Shown: positions 39,099-48,357, counted from the stretch's first letter. The stretch is 64,000 nucleotides of DNA from Candidatus Lustribacter sp. (GCA_965277805.1 OZ255842.1:320001-384000); one strand, 5' to 3'. Notes: a model not told the origin generated them from the sequence alone. A program made the numbers and translations.

Positions 39099-39770
39099 AT
39101 GACTGACCCCTATACGCAACGTTTGGCGCGGCTCGATTGCTGCGCCGTTTCGGACGCCCTCGATAAACTCAACCTCACCGGTGTGGTGACCGTGCTGCCG
39201 CAGCGCTCGTCGTCGCGCCGCATCGCCGGCCGCGCGATCACGGTGAAACTCGTCGCCAAAGAGCAAGCGCCGGTGACCACCGGTCCGCCACGCCATTTGG
39301 GCACGACGGCGATCGAGTCCGGCGGTCCCGGCGACATCATCGTCGTCGAACAGCGCAGCGGCATCGAGGCGGGTTCGTGGGGCGGTATCCTCTCGTGCGC
39401 GGCCAAGGTGCGCGGCATCGAAGGCGTGATCGCCGACGGTCCGGTGCGCGATATCGACGAAGCGCGCGCGTACGATCTGCCGATCTACTCGCGCGGCCTC
39501 ACCGCGCGCACGGCCCGCGGCCGCGTGGCCGAAGCCGCCACCAACGTCGACGTGCGCATCGACGAGATCACGGTCTCGCCCGGCGACTACGTGCTGGCCG
39601 ACAACAGCGCCGTGATCTTCATCGGCAAGGCCAACATCGAAGCAGTGCTCGCCGCTGCGGAAGACATCGCCGCGCGCGAAGCCGCGATGGCGAAAGCATT
39701 GCTCGCCGGTCAGCCGGTCGGCACCGTGATGGGCGCCAACTACGAGAACATGCTGGCGGTGCACGCGTGA
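39099..39770 (+). CDS. RraA/HMG-aldolase family protein 1
   Basis: CAVSDALD, WGGIL, DGPVRD, PGDYVLAD. Confidence 0.88.
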   Translation: MTDPYTQRLARLDCCAVSDALDKLNLTGVVTVLPQRSSSRRIAGRAITVKLVAKEQAPVTTGPPRHLGTTAIESGGPGDIIVVEQRSGIEAGSWGGILSCAAKVRGIEGVIADGPVRDIDEARAYDLPIYSRGLTARTARGRVAEAATNVDVRIDEITVSPGDYVLADNSAVIFIGKANIEAVLAAAEDIAAREAAMAKALLAGQPVGTVMGANYENMLAVHA

Positions 39771-40426
39771 GCGACAAGAACGTCGAACGGGCCGCGAAGC
39801 TCGACAACGCGACCATCAGCGATGCGCTCGACAAATTCGGGCTCAACGGCGCGTGCTACAAGATCGCGCCGCGCGACGGCTCGTTCCGGATGGCCGGGCG
39901 CGCGTACACGCTGCTCTACGAAGTGTGCGGGAACCCGCCAGGAACGGTCGGCGACTACATCGACGACATCGAACCCGGCACGGTGCTGGTGCTCGACAAT
40001 GCCGGTCGCGAAAGCGGCACGGTCTGGGGCGACATCCTCACCGAGGTCGCGCACCGGCGCGGCGTTGCCGGCACGGTGATCGACGGCCTTTGCCGCGACG
40101 TCGCGCTTTGCCGCCAGCTCGGCTATCCGGTGTATAGCAAAGATCACTGGATGCGCACCGGCAAAGACCGCGTGCAACTCGATCAAGTGCAAGTGCCGGT
40201 CAGCATCGGCGGCGTGCGCGTCTCGCCCGGCGACATCGTGCGCGGCGATGCCGACGGCGTATGCGTGATCCAGAAAGAGTTCGAAGACCAGGTGCTCGAC
40301 TGGGCCGAGCAAGTGACGCTGGTCGAAGATCGCATTCGCGAAGCCGCCCGCGGCGGAATGCGCTTGGTCGAAGCGCGCAAACAATTCGGCTACCACACGC
40401 TGCAAACGCGAGATAAAAAAGCATGA
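39767..40426 (+). CDS. RraA/HMG-aldolase family protein 2
   Basis: ATISDALD, WGDIL, DGLCRD, PGDIVRGDADG. Confidence 0.88.
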   Translation: MSDKNVERAAKLDNATISDALDKFGLNGACYKIAPRDGSFRMAGRAYTLLYEVCGNPPGTVGDYIDDIEPGTVLVLDNAGRESGTVWGDILTEVAHRRGVAGTVIDGLCRDVALCRQLGYPVYSKDHWMRTGKDRVQLDQVQVPVSIGGVRVSPGDIVRGDADGVCVIQKEFEDQVLDWAEQVTLVEDRIREAARGGMRLVEARKQFGYHTLQTRDKKA

Positions 40427-41106
40427 CGACCACGGCCAAATCGTACAAGTTCTTCGATCTCCCCACCGTCAAGCTCGAGATCGAACGCCCGGATGCAGAA
40501 CTGGTGAAACGCGCCAAGACGTTCGGTACCGCGACGCTGCACGAAGCGGGCGGTAAGATCGGCGCGTTGCCCTCGGCGATCAAGCCGATGGATCCGAAGT
40601 TCATCATCTCGGGGCCGGCCTTCACCGTGCACTCGCCGCCGGGCGATAATCTCTGGCTGCACCGCGCGATCGCGGTGGCGAAGCCCGGCGACATCCTGGT
40701 GGTCTACACCGAGGGCGTCTACGAGCACGGCTACTGGGGCGAGATCATGTCGACCGCCGGCAACGCCGCGAAGCTCGGCGGACTCGTGATCGATGCGTGC
40801 GTGCGCGACGGCGCGCTGCTCGGCAAGGTCGGTTTTCCGGTGTTCGCGCGCGGGCTCTGCATCCGCGGCACCGGCAAGGACTTCGCCGCCCGCGGCTGGA
40901 TCAACGCGCCGCTGCTGCTCGGCGACGTCACGGTCGAACCGGGCGATCTGATCGTCGGCGATACCGACGGCGTCGTGGCGATCCCGCGCGCCAAGGTCGA
41001 GACCGTGCTGCAGAAATCGCGCGAACGCGAAGAAAAGGAAGCGGAAACGATGCGCCAGCTCGTCGCCGGAAATTCGTCGATCGATCTTTACGGGTGGGAC
41101 AAATGA
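40423..41106 (+). CDS. RraA/LigK-like HMG/CHA aldolase 3
   Basis: TATLHEA, PGDNLWLH, WGEIM, DACVRD, GDTDGVV. Confidence 0.88.
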   Translation: MTTTAKSYKFFDLPTVKLEIERPDAELVKRAKTFGTATLHEAGGKIGALPSAIKPMDPKFIISGPAFTVHSPPGDNLWLHRAIAVAKPGDILVVYTEGVYEHGYWGEIMSTAGNAAKLGGLVIDACVRDGALLGKVGFPVFARGLCIRGTGKDFAARGWINAPLLLGDVTVEPGDLIVGDTDGVVAIPRAKVETVLQKSREREEKEAETMRQLVAGNSSIDLYGWDK

Positions 41107-42833
41107 TCGCGCCGGAGCGGGCCGGCGCCAAACGGCATCTGAACGTTCAGACGACGGCCGAGGCCCTGCTCGCGCACATCAAACGCAACGGCACCGAGTA
41201 TTTCTTCGTGAACGCCGGGACTGATTTCGCCTCGGTCGTCGAAGCGTATGCGCGGCTCGATGAATCGGGCCTCGACTTCCCCACGCCGATCGTCGCGACG
41301 CACGAAAACCTCGCCGTCGGCATGGCCCACGGGTATTACCTGATCGCGCGTACGCCGCAAGCGGTGATGTGTCACGTCAGCGTCGGCTCCGCCAACGCGA
41401 TCTGTGCGATCATGAACGCCTCGCGCGACCAGATCCCGATCATCTTCATGTCGGGCCGCACGCCGCTGTTCGAATCGGGCAAGTTCGGCAGCCGCAACGG
41501 CGACATCCATTGGCCGCAAGAGATGTTCGACCAGGGCGGCATGATGCGTGAAGTCGTCAAGTGGGACTACGAACTGCGCGACGGCCTCAACGTCGAACAA
41601 GTCGTCGATCGCGCCTATGGGATCGCGCAAGCGGCGCCCAGCGGTCCGATCTATTTGATGCTGCCGCGTGAAGTGCTCGCCGGCAAACTCGACGGCGCCG
41701 ACGTACGCGCCGAAGTTCCGGCCGTGCCGGCCCCGCCGTTCCCGAGTCCCGACCACGTCACCACGATCGCGCGCAAGCTGGCCACGGCCGAGTTCCCCGT
41801 GATCGTGACTTCGGCCAGCGGCGCCGACGCGTCGACCGTCGCGCCGCTTACCGCGCTTTGCGAACGCTTCGGCATCGCGCACGTCGACCGCAAAGCGCGT
41901 TTCGTGAACGTGCCGACCGGCAGCCCGATCCATCTCTCGCAAGGGCTCGAGGATCTGTTCGATGAGATCGACGCGCTGCTGTTCCTCGAAACCGACGTGC
42001 CGTGGATTCCCAGTCGCGGCAACCCGCGTCCGGAAACGTTCATCGCCGACGCCGGCACCGATCCGCTCTTCGGGCTCATTCCGATCCGCAGCTTTCCGGC
42101 CGACGTGTCGCTCACGACCACGGTCGCGGCGCTGCTTCCCGAACTCGAGCGGGCGCTGGAGACAGCCGGCGCCGAGCAAGGCGCGGCCGCGCGCCGCGAG
42201 CGCATCGCAACGAAGCGCGCTAGCGGTATCGCCGCGATCGAAGAACGCGTCGCGGCCGATGCCAAGCGCGGCGGACCGATCACCAAGATCTTTCTCTCGC
42301 GTGCGCTCGATAACGCGCGCGACAAACGCGACATCGTGGTGAACGAATACTCCGCGATGCCCGACTACATGGAGTTCAACCAACCCGCGACGTGGTTTCT
42401 CAACCCGCCGGCGGCCGGCCTCGGCTGGGGGATGCCGGCCGCGATCGGCGTGAAGCTCGCATCGCCCGACCGCAACGTCATCGCGGTGCTGGGCGACGGT
42501 GCGTACATTTTCGCCAACCCGGCGGCGTGTCATCACGCGATCGCGATGCACGACCTGCCGCTGCTCACGATCATCTACAACAACGCGCGCTGGGAAGCCG
42601 TTCAGAGCTCGGCGCGCGGCATGTACAAAGCGGAGTCGGCGCTCGGCAAACACAAGCTCGCGCCGCTTTCGTCGCTCGACCCGATCCCTGACTTCGAACG
42701 TTACGCCGAGGCCTCGAACGGCGTCGGCTTCCGCGTCACGGAACGCGCGGAACTCGAATCCACTATCCGGCGCGCGCTGAAGATCGTGCAAACGGAACGC
42801 AAACAAGTGCTGATCAACGTGATCGGTTCGTAA
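41103..42833 (+). CDS. Thiamine-pyrophosphate-requiring enzyme
   Basis: HENLAVGMAHGY, GLGWGMPAAIG, GDGAY...NN TPP motif. Confidence 0.88.
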   Translation: MIAPERAGAKRHLNVQTTAEALLAHIKRNGTEYFFVNAGTDFASVVEAYARLDESGLDFPTPIVATHENLAVGMAHGYYLIARTPQAVMCHVSVGSANAICAIMNASRDQIPIIFMSGRTPLFESGKFGSRNGDIHWPQEMFDQGGMMREVVKWDYELRDGLNVEQVVDRAYGIAQAAPSGPIYLMLPREVLAGKLDGADVRAEVPAVPAPPFPSPDHVTTIARKLATAEFPVIVTSASGADASTVAPLTALCERFGIAHVDRKARFVNVPTGSPIHLSQGLEDLFDEIDALLFLETDVPWIPSRGNPRPETFIADAGTDPLFGLIPIRSFPADVSLTTTVAALLPELERALETAGAEQGAAARRERIATKRASGIAAIEERVAADAKRGGPITKIFLSRALDNARDKRDIVVNEYSAMPDYMEFNQPATWFLNPPAAGLGWGMPAAIGVKLASPDRNVIAVLGDGAYIFANPAACHHAIAMHDLPLLTIIYNNARWEAVQSSARGMYKAESALGKHKLAPLSSLDPIPDFERYAEASNGVGFRVTERAELESTIRRALKIVQTERKQVLINVIGS

Positions 42834-42842
42834 GGAGTAGTC

Positions 42843-43868
42843 ATGCCAATCATCGATGCCCACGCGCACGTGAGCGTTCCCTCGGAAGTCTGGGCGTATA
42901 AAGCCGGCCTGCTCTCGCACCGCGGCGCGCACGGCAATCGCGGCCCGAAACTGAGCGACGACGAACTGATCGAGGCCTACCACAAGAAGGAGATGGCGCC
43001 GGTCGGACATCTCGAGTCGATGAAGCTCAACCAGATCGACGTCCAGCTGATTTCGCCGCGGCCCTTCCAGATGATGCACAGCGAGAAGTTCAAGCTCGTG
43101 CAGTGGTTCACCGAAGAAATCAACAACATCATCTACCGCGACACGCAGCTCTTCCCGGGCCAGTTCTACGGCGTTTGCTCGATGCCGCAAGCCGCCGGCG
43201 AGCCGATCGAAAAGTCGCTGCCCGAACTCGAGCGCTGCATCAAGGAACTCGGTTTCGTGGGCACGCTGCTCAACCCCGATCCCTACGAGAACACCGGCAC
43301 CGAAGCGCCGCCGCTCGGCGACAAGTACTGGTACCCGCTCTATGAGAAGCTGTGCGAACTCGACGTGCCGGCGCACATCCACGGCACGACCTCGCATTCC
43401 GAGCGCACGCCCTACACGCTGCACTTCATCAACGAAGAGACGATCGCGGTCTACGGCCTGATCAACTCGAACGTATTCAAGGATTTCCCGACACTGAAGA
43501 TCGTAGTCTCGCACGGCGGCGGCGCGATCCCGTATCAGTTCGGGCGCTTCCAGTCGGGCTCGATGCGCAACCCGCCCGGTCAGCGCTTCAGCGACGGGCT
43601 GAAGAAGCTCTACTTCGATACGGTGCTCTACACCGAATCGGCGATGAAGCTGCTGGTCGAAGTAATGGGTCCCGACAACCTCGTCTTCGGCGCGGAATGC
43701 CCGGGTGTCGGTTCATCCGTCAATCCCGACACGAACCACACCTTCGACGACATCGTGCCCTTCATCCAACGCATGGACACGCTCGACGACACGCAGCGTC
43801 AAAACATCCTCGAAAACAACGCCCGCCGCCTCTACAAAATCCCCGCCGCGAAGCCCGCCCTCGTGTAA
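42843..43868 (+). CDS. Amidohydrolase_2, LigJ-like (4-oxalomesaconate hydratase family)
   Basis: IIDAHAH, SPRP, LLNPDP, SHGGGAIPYQ, YFDT. Confidence 0.8.
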   Translation: MPIIDAHAHVSVPSEVWAYKAGLLSHRGAHGNRGPKLSDDELIEAYHKKEMAPVGHLESMKLNQIDVQLISPRPFQMMHSEKFKLVQWFTEEINNIIYRDTQLFPGQFYGVCSMPQAAGEPIEKSLPELERCIKELGFVGTLLNPDPYENTGTEAPPLGDKYWYPLYEKLCELDVPAHIHGTTSHSERTPYTLHFINEETIAVYGLINSNVFKDFPTLKIVVSHGGGAIPYQFGRFQSGSMRNPPGQRFSDGLKKLYFDTVLYTESAMKLLVEVMGPDNLVFGAECPGVGSSVNPDTNHTFDDIVPFIQRMDTLDDTQRQNILENNARRLYKIPAAKPALV

Positions 43869-43870
43869 CC

Positions 43871-43955
43871 CTGTCATCCCGAGCTTGTCGAGGGACCGCA
43901 CGAATTGTGGCGGTCCCTCGACGACGCACCTACGGTGCTTTGCTCGGGATGACAG
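43871..43955. repeat. REP-like palindromic element
   Basis: CTGTCATCCCGAGC...GCTCGGGATGACAG outer IR and GTCGAGGGAC/GTCCCTCGAC inner IR. Confidence 0.85.
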
Positions 43956-44679
43956 ACGTCAGTGCGGCAACTACGGCTGCCGGCTTCCAATCAGCGTTGT
44001 CGAAGAGTTGGGTTATCCGGCCGTCGGCGTTGACGACGGCGAGGCGTTCGCTGTGGACGATCGTGTCGGCGCCGGCGGAGCGTTCGAGGATGCGGAAGCG
44101 GGCGGCGAAGTCGAGGACCGTGCGCGGGTCGCCCGTTAGGAGATGCCAGCGCGCTGGATCGGCGTTGAAGAGCTTTCCATAGCGCGCAAGCACCGGCGGA
44201 CGGTCGTAGGCCGGATCGAGCGATACCTCGACCAGGTCGGCCGGCGTGCCCTTCGTGCGCGATTGCACTTGTTCGAGTTTGGCCGACACGAACGGACACA
44301 TCTTCGGATCGCGGCAGCGCGTGTAGATGAAGGTCAAGGCGTAGGGGTGGCCGTGTAAGGCGCTCAGGCGTGCGGGGCGGCCGCGTTCGTCGACGAACGG
44401 GATGTCGGGAACGGTATCGCCGGCGTTGACGAACTTCGGCAGCGTGTTTTTCTGTACGGTCGCGACGCTCGTAACGTGGAGCGCGGACAAACTCCACGGT
44501 TCGGTTTTTGTGTTGACGTCGGCCGCGATGTGATCGCCGGGATGGACGGCCGTGCCGGCGGGCACGCTGAACGTCATCGTCATCGCGGGCATGCCGTCGA
44601 AGGCTTCGTGATGCACGACGAGCGTCGTCGGGGTCAGCGTCATCAGCACGATGCCCGCCAGGTGCAGAAGATGATGCAC
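43930..44679 (-). CDS. SCO-family copper chaperone with N-terminal CusF-like domain
   Basis: HHEAFDGMPAMTMTF; FIYTRCRDPKMCP; IVHS. Confidence 0.85.
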   Translation of the reverse strand: MHHLLHLAGIVLMTLTPTTLVVHHEAFDGMPAMTMTFSVPAGTAVHPGDHIAADVNTKTEPWSLSALHVTSVATVQKNTLPKFVNAGDTVPDIPFVDERGRPARLSALHGHPYALTFIYTRCRDPKMCPFVSAKLEQVQSRTKGTPADLVEVSLDPAYDRPPVLARYGKLFNADPARWHLLTGDPRTVLDFAARFRILERSAGADTIVHSERLAVVNADGRITQLFDNADWKPAAVVAALTSVIPSKAP

Positions 44680-46290
44680 TTAGAGCACCGCGATCTTCGC
44701 CATCATTCCGCCGTCTTCATGATCGAGGATGTGGCAGTGGAACAGGAACGTGCCGCGGATCGTGGGATCGCGGAAGTCGATCAGCACCTTCATCTGCGAG
44801 GGGATGATTTGTCCCGTCACGCCGATACCGACCGGCGGCATGACCACCGTGTCGAGCCAGTGCTGGTTGGGCTGCGTCACGCCGTTGATGCTCTCGACGA
44901 TGAAGTGCGTCTGATGGATGTGGAAGTCGTGGATCTCCTGCGTATCGTTTTCGAGCGTCCACTCCTCGGTTGTGCCGGAGGCCGCGGTGAACATCGGCGG
45001 CGACGACGCGCTGTACTGCAGGCCGTTGATGTAGAACCCGTTGTCGTCCTCGGTGAAGTGCACGAGCCGCTCTTGCGCGGGCGCGGGCATCGACGAGTGA
45101 TAGTACTGCGAGTAGCGCACCGAGGCGAGCCGCTGCACGCGATGGGATTGCGTGACGGAGGTCGCGGCATTGGGCCAGTTCGTGTCGTCGGTCAGCACGC
45201 CGAGCGCGATCTCCGGGCTCGTGTCGCCGTCCGGGCCCGTCTGCACGCACTTCGAGATCAGGGCGGCCGGCGACGCCGAACCGGTGACGAGAAACTCGGC
45301 GCGCCCGGCGGGCGGAATCACGATGTCGCTCATTGCGATCGTCGCCGGCGCACCGGGATAGGTGTTGATCGGCACGCCGTCTTGCGCGACGAGCTGCAAT
45401 TGCTTGCCGTCGATAGCGAGGTCGAAGTGACGGTGGGCGGACGCGTTGACGACGCGGAAGAGTTCGGTTTCGCCGGGCTTGATCCCGATCGACGCGAGCG
45501 TTGCGCCGTTGATCATCGGCGTGGCGTCGGTTTCGGGCGAACACGCGTTGCCCCCGTTCGGCGAGTCGGCATCCTGCGCACCGCGGCGTGCGGCGCTCGT
45601 GCGGCGCACGACCGACGCGCCGCCCGAGCGGCGCAGAATCGAGCTCTCGCCGGCAGCGAACGATGAATCGTTCGGTACGTCGCCGAGAATGATCACGCGC
45701 TCGCGCAGGCCCGCCGTCTGCGGCACGACGTTGGCGATGCCTTCGACGATGATCGCGCCGGCCATACCGTTGCCGACTTCGTACGACGCGAGACCGTGCG
45801 CGTGCGGGTGGTACCAATACATGCCGGGCGGCTGATCGGGGTTGATCACGACGGTGTAGCTGACCGCGGCACCGGGCGAGGCATTGGTATCGATCGTGTC
45901 GTCGCCCGGCGCGTTCGGCGATGAGGAGAGGCCGTGGAAGTGGAGGTTGGCGTTCGAGACGACGCCGACGTCGCAAAATTCGGGCAGCTGGTTCTGGAAC
46001 GTGAGTTGGATCGTGTCGCCGGGATGCACGCGAATCGTCGGTGCGACCTGTTGGCCTTGCCAGTAGAACTCGGGGCGGCTGTTGGCATCGAACTTCGCTT
46101 GCAGCGTCAGCGATGCGACGCCGTTGACGCTGTCGACTTCGGGCAACGTGTTCAATGCGGCCGGGCCGCCGGGCACGGACACGCCGGTTGGAACCGGCGC
46201 CGGCACGGCGGACGACCCGCCCCCGCCGCACGCGATGAGGCCGAGAGCGATGATGATTGCCGCTGCAGCGGAGAGAGCAACGTAACGCAT
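44680..46290 (-). CDS. Multicopper oxidase, probable lipoprotein
   Basis: NLHFHG, WYHPH, HDFHIH, HCHILDHEDGGMM; lipobox-like LIAC. Confidence 0.92.
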   Translation of the reverse strand: MRYVALSAAAAIIIALGLIACGGGGSSAVPAPVPTGVSVPGGPAALNTLPEVDSVNGVASLTLQAKFDANSRPEFYWQGQQVAPTIRVHPGDTIQLTFQNQLPEFCDVGVVSNANLHFHGLSSSPNAPGDDTIDTNASPGAAVSYTVVINPDQPPGMYWYHPHAHGLASYEVGNGMAGAIIVEGIANVVPQTAGLRERVIILGDVPNDSSFAAGESSILRRSGGASVVRRTSAARRGAQDADSPNGGNACSPETDATPMINGATLASIGIKPGETELFRVVNASAHRHFDLAIDGKQLQLVAQDGVPINTYPGAPATIAMSDIVIPPAGRAEFLVTGSASPAALISKCVQTGPDGDTSPEIALGVLTDDTNWPNAATSVTQSHRVQRLASVRYSQYYHSSMPAPAQERLVHFTEDDNGFYINGLQYSASSPPMFTAASGTTEEWTLENDTQEIHDFHIHQTHFIVESINGVTQPNQHWLDTVVMPPVGIGVTGQIIPSQMKVLIDFRDPTIRGTFLFHCHILDHEDGGMMAKIAVL

Positions 46291-46297
46291 CGGATCC

Positions 46298-47446
46298 TCA
46301 GTACGCGAACAGTAGCGATGACGAGATGATGTGGAGCAAGTTACCGTTGTAGTCGCGCTCGGCGGTTTCGAACAGCGTTAGGCGCGAGTTGGCGGAAAGA
46401 CGATAGCCGGCGCCGCCGGTGATCGAGCGCGCGAACGTCGCGCCGTTGGTCGCGTCCCAGCGCGCGATCGCGAACGCGCGACTGCCTAGCGCCTGCCGCA
46501 CTTGGAAGAAGCCGCCGCTCGTGACGAGTGCATCGCCGTACACGTCGGCCGAACTGTCGTTGCCGATCTGATAGACGCCGTCGATCTCGGTGCGGTTGTG
46601 CGCCCAGCCGAGGCCGAAACCGTTGCGCCAAAAGCGATCGGGAATGTTGCTGAAAAACGCCGAGTTATTGAACGCCGGGCCTTCGAGCGGGCGGCTTCCA
46701 TCGTAGCGATAGCTCGTGAGCCTGAACTTTCCGAGGTCGCGCTCGAGCGTCACCATCGTGTCGACGCCGTTGGACGGCAAGCCCGATTGCGTGTCGGCGC
46801 CCTTGAGGGCCGAGAGCGTCGCACCGATCTGACGCGATGGATTGCCGGCTTCCAATTCGAGGCCTTGCTTCGTATCGAAGAAGTTGAACGGGTTGCCGCC
46901 CGCGGTCTGGCTCCAGACGCCGTACGGCTGCGTCGTCTCACGGAACGTTTCCGGATCGAGCGGCAACGGCAGCGTGAATTGACCGGCGCGCAGGAGCAGC
47001 GGGAAGTTCGCGCCGTCGGGGGTGAGGCGATCGGCGAACCACGCATCGCGCACGACGCCCGGATAGCCGCCGTCGACCGCATACGGCTCGAGCCAGTACG
47101 AAGCGCGCGAACCGACCGAGCCGCCCATCAGGAACTCGACCTCGTTGACGATCGTTTTGGGCAGCGGCCCTTTGATCTCGTCGGGGTCGGCGGCGCCGGC
47201 GCTGGCGTAGTCGACCTCCACCCGGATCGCCACCGGGAAGGCCGGCTTCGGCGTGATCCCCGGGATCCGGTAACCGTTGGCCATGAATGTCTTTCCGAAC
47301 TGGGTGAGGTGGGGGACCTCGGTGTGGCACGCCTGGCACGTCAGGTTGAAGCGATGGGCGAACACGGGAATCGCCTCGGCGCGGCTCATGGTGAGCGCGG
47401 CGAACGCGACGACGGCTGCGCAGAACGGGAAGAAAGCGCGAAACAT
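46298..47446 (-). CDS. Cyc2-like monoheme cytochrome c fused to a probable beta-barrel
   Basis: Signal peptide then IPVFAHRFNLTCQACHTEVPHLTQFGKTFMANGY; beta-strand-rich remainder ending in aromatic residue (FAY). Confidence 0.75.
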   Translation of the reverse strand: MFRAFFPFCAAVVAFAALTMSRAEAIPVFAHRFNLTCQACHTEVPHLTQFGKTFMANGYRIPGITPKPAFPVAIRVEVDYASAGAADPDEIKGPLPKTIVNEVEFLMGGSVGSRASYWLEPYAVDGGYPGVVRDAWFADRLTPDGANFPLLLRAGQFTLPLPLDPETFRETTQPYGVWSQTAGGNPFNFFDTKQGLELEAGNPSRQIGATLSALKGADTQSGLPSNGVDTMVTLERDLGKFRLTSYRYDGSRPLEGPAFNNSAFFSNIPDRFWRNGFGLGWAHNRTEIDGVYQIGNDSSADVYGDALVTSGGFFQVRQALGSRAFAIARWDATNGATFARSITGGAGYRLSANSRLTLFETAERDYNGNLLHIISSSLLFAY

Positions 47447-47466
47447 AGGTCTTCCTAAGCGACTGA

Positions 47467-47508
47467 TTAGGTGATCCAACTTAGGCCGTCCTAATTAGGC
47501 ACTCCTCC
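47467..47508. promoter_or_regulatory. Three tandem 14-bp TTAGG-N4-CCTAA-like boxes
   Basis: ttaggtgatccaac, ttaggccgtcctaa, ttaggcactcctcc in exact register. Confidence 0.65.
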
Positions 47509-47515
47509 AACCTGC

Positions 47516-47532
47516 TTAGAGAATTTTTAGAG
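47516..47532. promoter_or_regulatory. Direct repeat TTAGAG-N5-TTAGAG (OmpR/PhoB-type geometry)
   Basis: 11-bp period hexamer repeat in a divergent intergenic region. Confidence 0.5.
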
Positions 47533-47571
47533 CGCAGGTGCCCCCGAAGGGCTGCACCAAGGCTGCTCGCG

Positions 47572-48357
47572 ATGATCCATCGCACGCGCGCGGCCGAAAT
47601 CCGTGACCGGAAAGGTCGGCCGTTCGCGACGATCACCGCCTACGATGCGGCGTTCGGGCGCGCTGCCGAAGCCGCCGGCATCGATCTGATCCTGGTCGGC
47701 GATTCGCTCGGCAACGTCGTGCTCGGTTTTCCATCGACCGTGTCGGTGACGATCGAGGACATGGAGCGCCACGGCGCCGCCGTCGTGCGCGGTACGGAGC
47801 GCTCGCACGTATGTATCGACATGCCGTTCATGTCGTACGAAGCGTCGAATGAAGACGCGATCCGCAACGCCGGCCGGCTGATCCGCTGCGGCGCGCAGTC
47901 GGTGAAGCTCGAAGGCGGCGTCGAGCGGGCCGAACGGCTAGCGGCCGTCGCCGGCGCCGGAATTCCGGTGATCGCGCACATCGGCGTCGTGCCGCAAACG
48001 GCAGCGCTCGACCGCGGCTTCCGGCGGCGCAAGGATCGCGACCGTTTGATCGCCGACGCGGATGCGGTGGCCGCTGCCGGCGCGTTTGCCGTCGTGCTCG
48101 AGATGGTCGATGGCGACATCGCGCGCGAGATTACGCAGCGCATCTCGATTCCGACGATCGGCATCGGGAGCGGCGGCGGCTGCGACGCACAGATTCTCGT
48201 GCTCTACGATTTGCTCGGGTTCTCGGCGTTCATTCCGCCGTTTGCGAAACCGTACGTGAATCTCTTCGACGTCGTGACCGGCGTGATGCGCCACTACGCG
48301 GACGACGTCGCGGCCGGACGCGATCCCGCCGACGGACCATCGGAACGGGTGAGCTAG
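47572..48357 (+). CDS. panB: 3-methyl-2-oxobutanoate hydroxymethyltransferase
   Basis: TAYD, ILVGDSLG, DMPFMSY, VKLEGG, PTIGIG. Confidence 0.95.
   Translation: MIHRTRAAEIRDRKGRPFATITAYDAAFGRAAEAAGIDLILVGDSLGNVVLGFPSTVSVTIEDMERHGAAVVRGTERSHVCIDMPFMSYEASNEDAIRNAGRLIRCGAQSVKLEGGVERAERLAAVAGAGIPVIAHIGVVPQTAALDRGFRRRKDRDRLIADADAVAAAGAFAVVLEMVDGDIAREITQRISIPTIGIGSGGGCDAQILVLYDLLGFSAFIPPFAKPYVNLFDVVTGVMRHYADDVAAGRDPADGPSERVS

Noticed and set aside
36801-39764. 987-aa ORF suggesting a giant fusion protein
   Set aside because: Only 36801-38231 is ABC-like; the rest is shadow frame over the IclR and RraA genes.
41088-43514. 808-aa antisense ORF and similar long antisense ORFs (e.g. 30774-32468, 2957-4612, 12269-14371)
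   Set aside because: Shadow ORFs expected from high-GC codon bias; they overlap well-supported genes and show no motifs.
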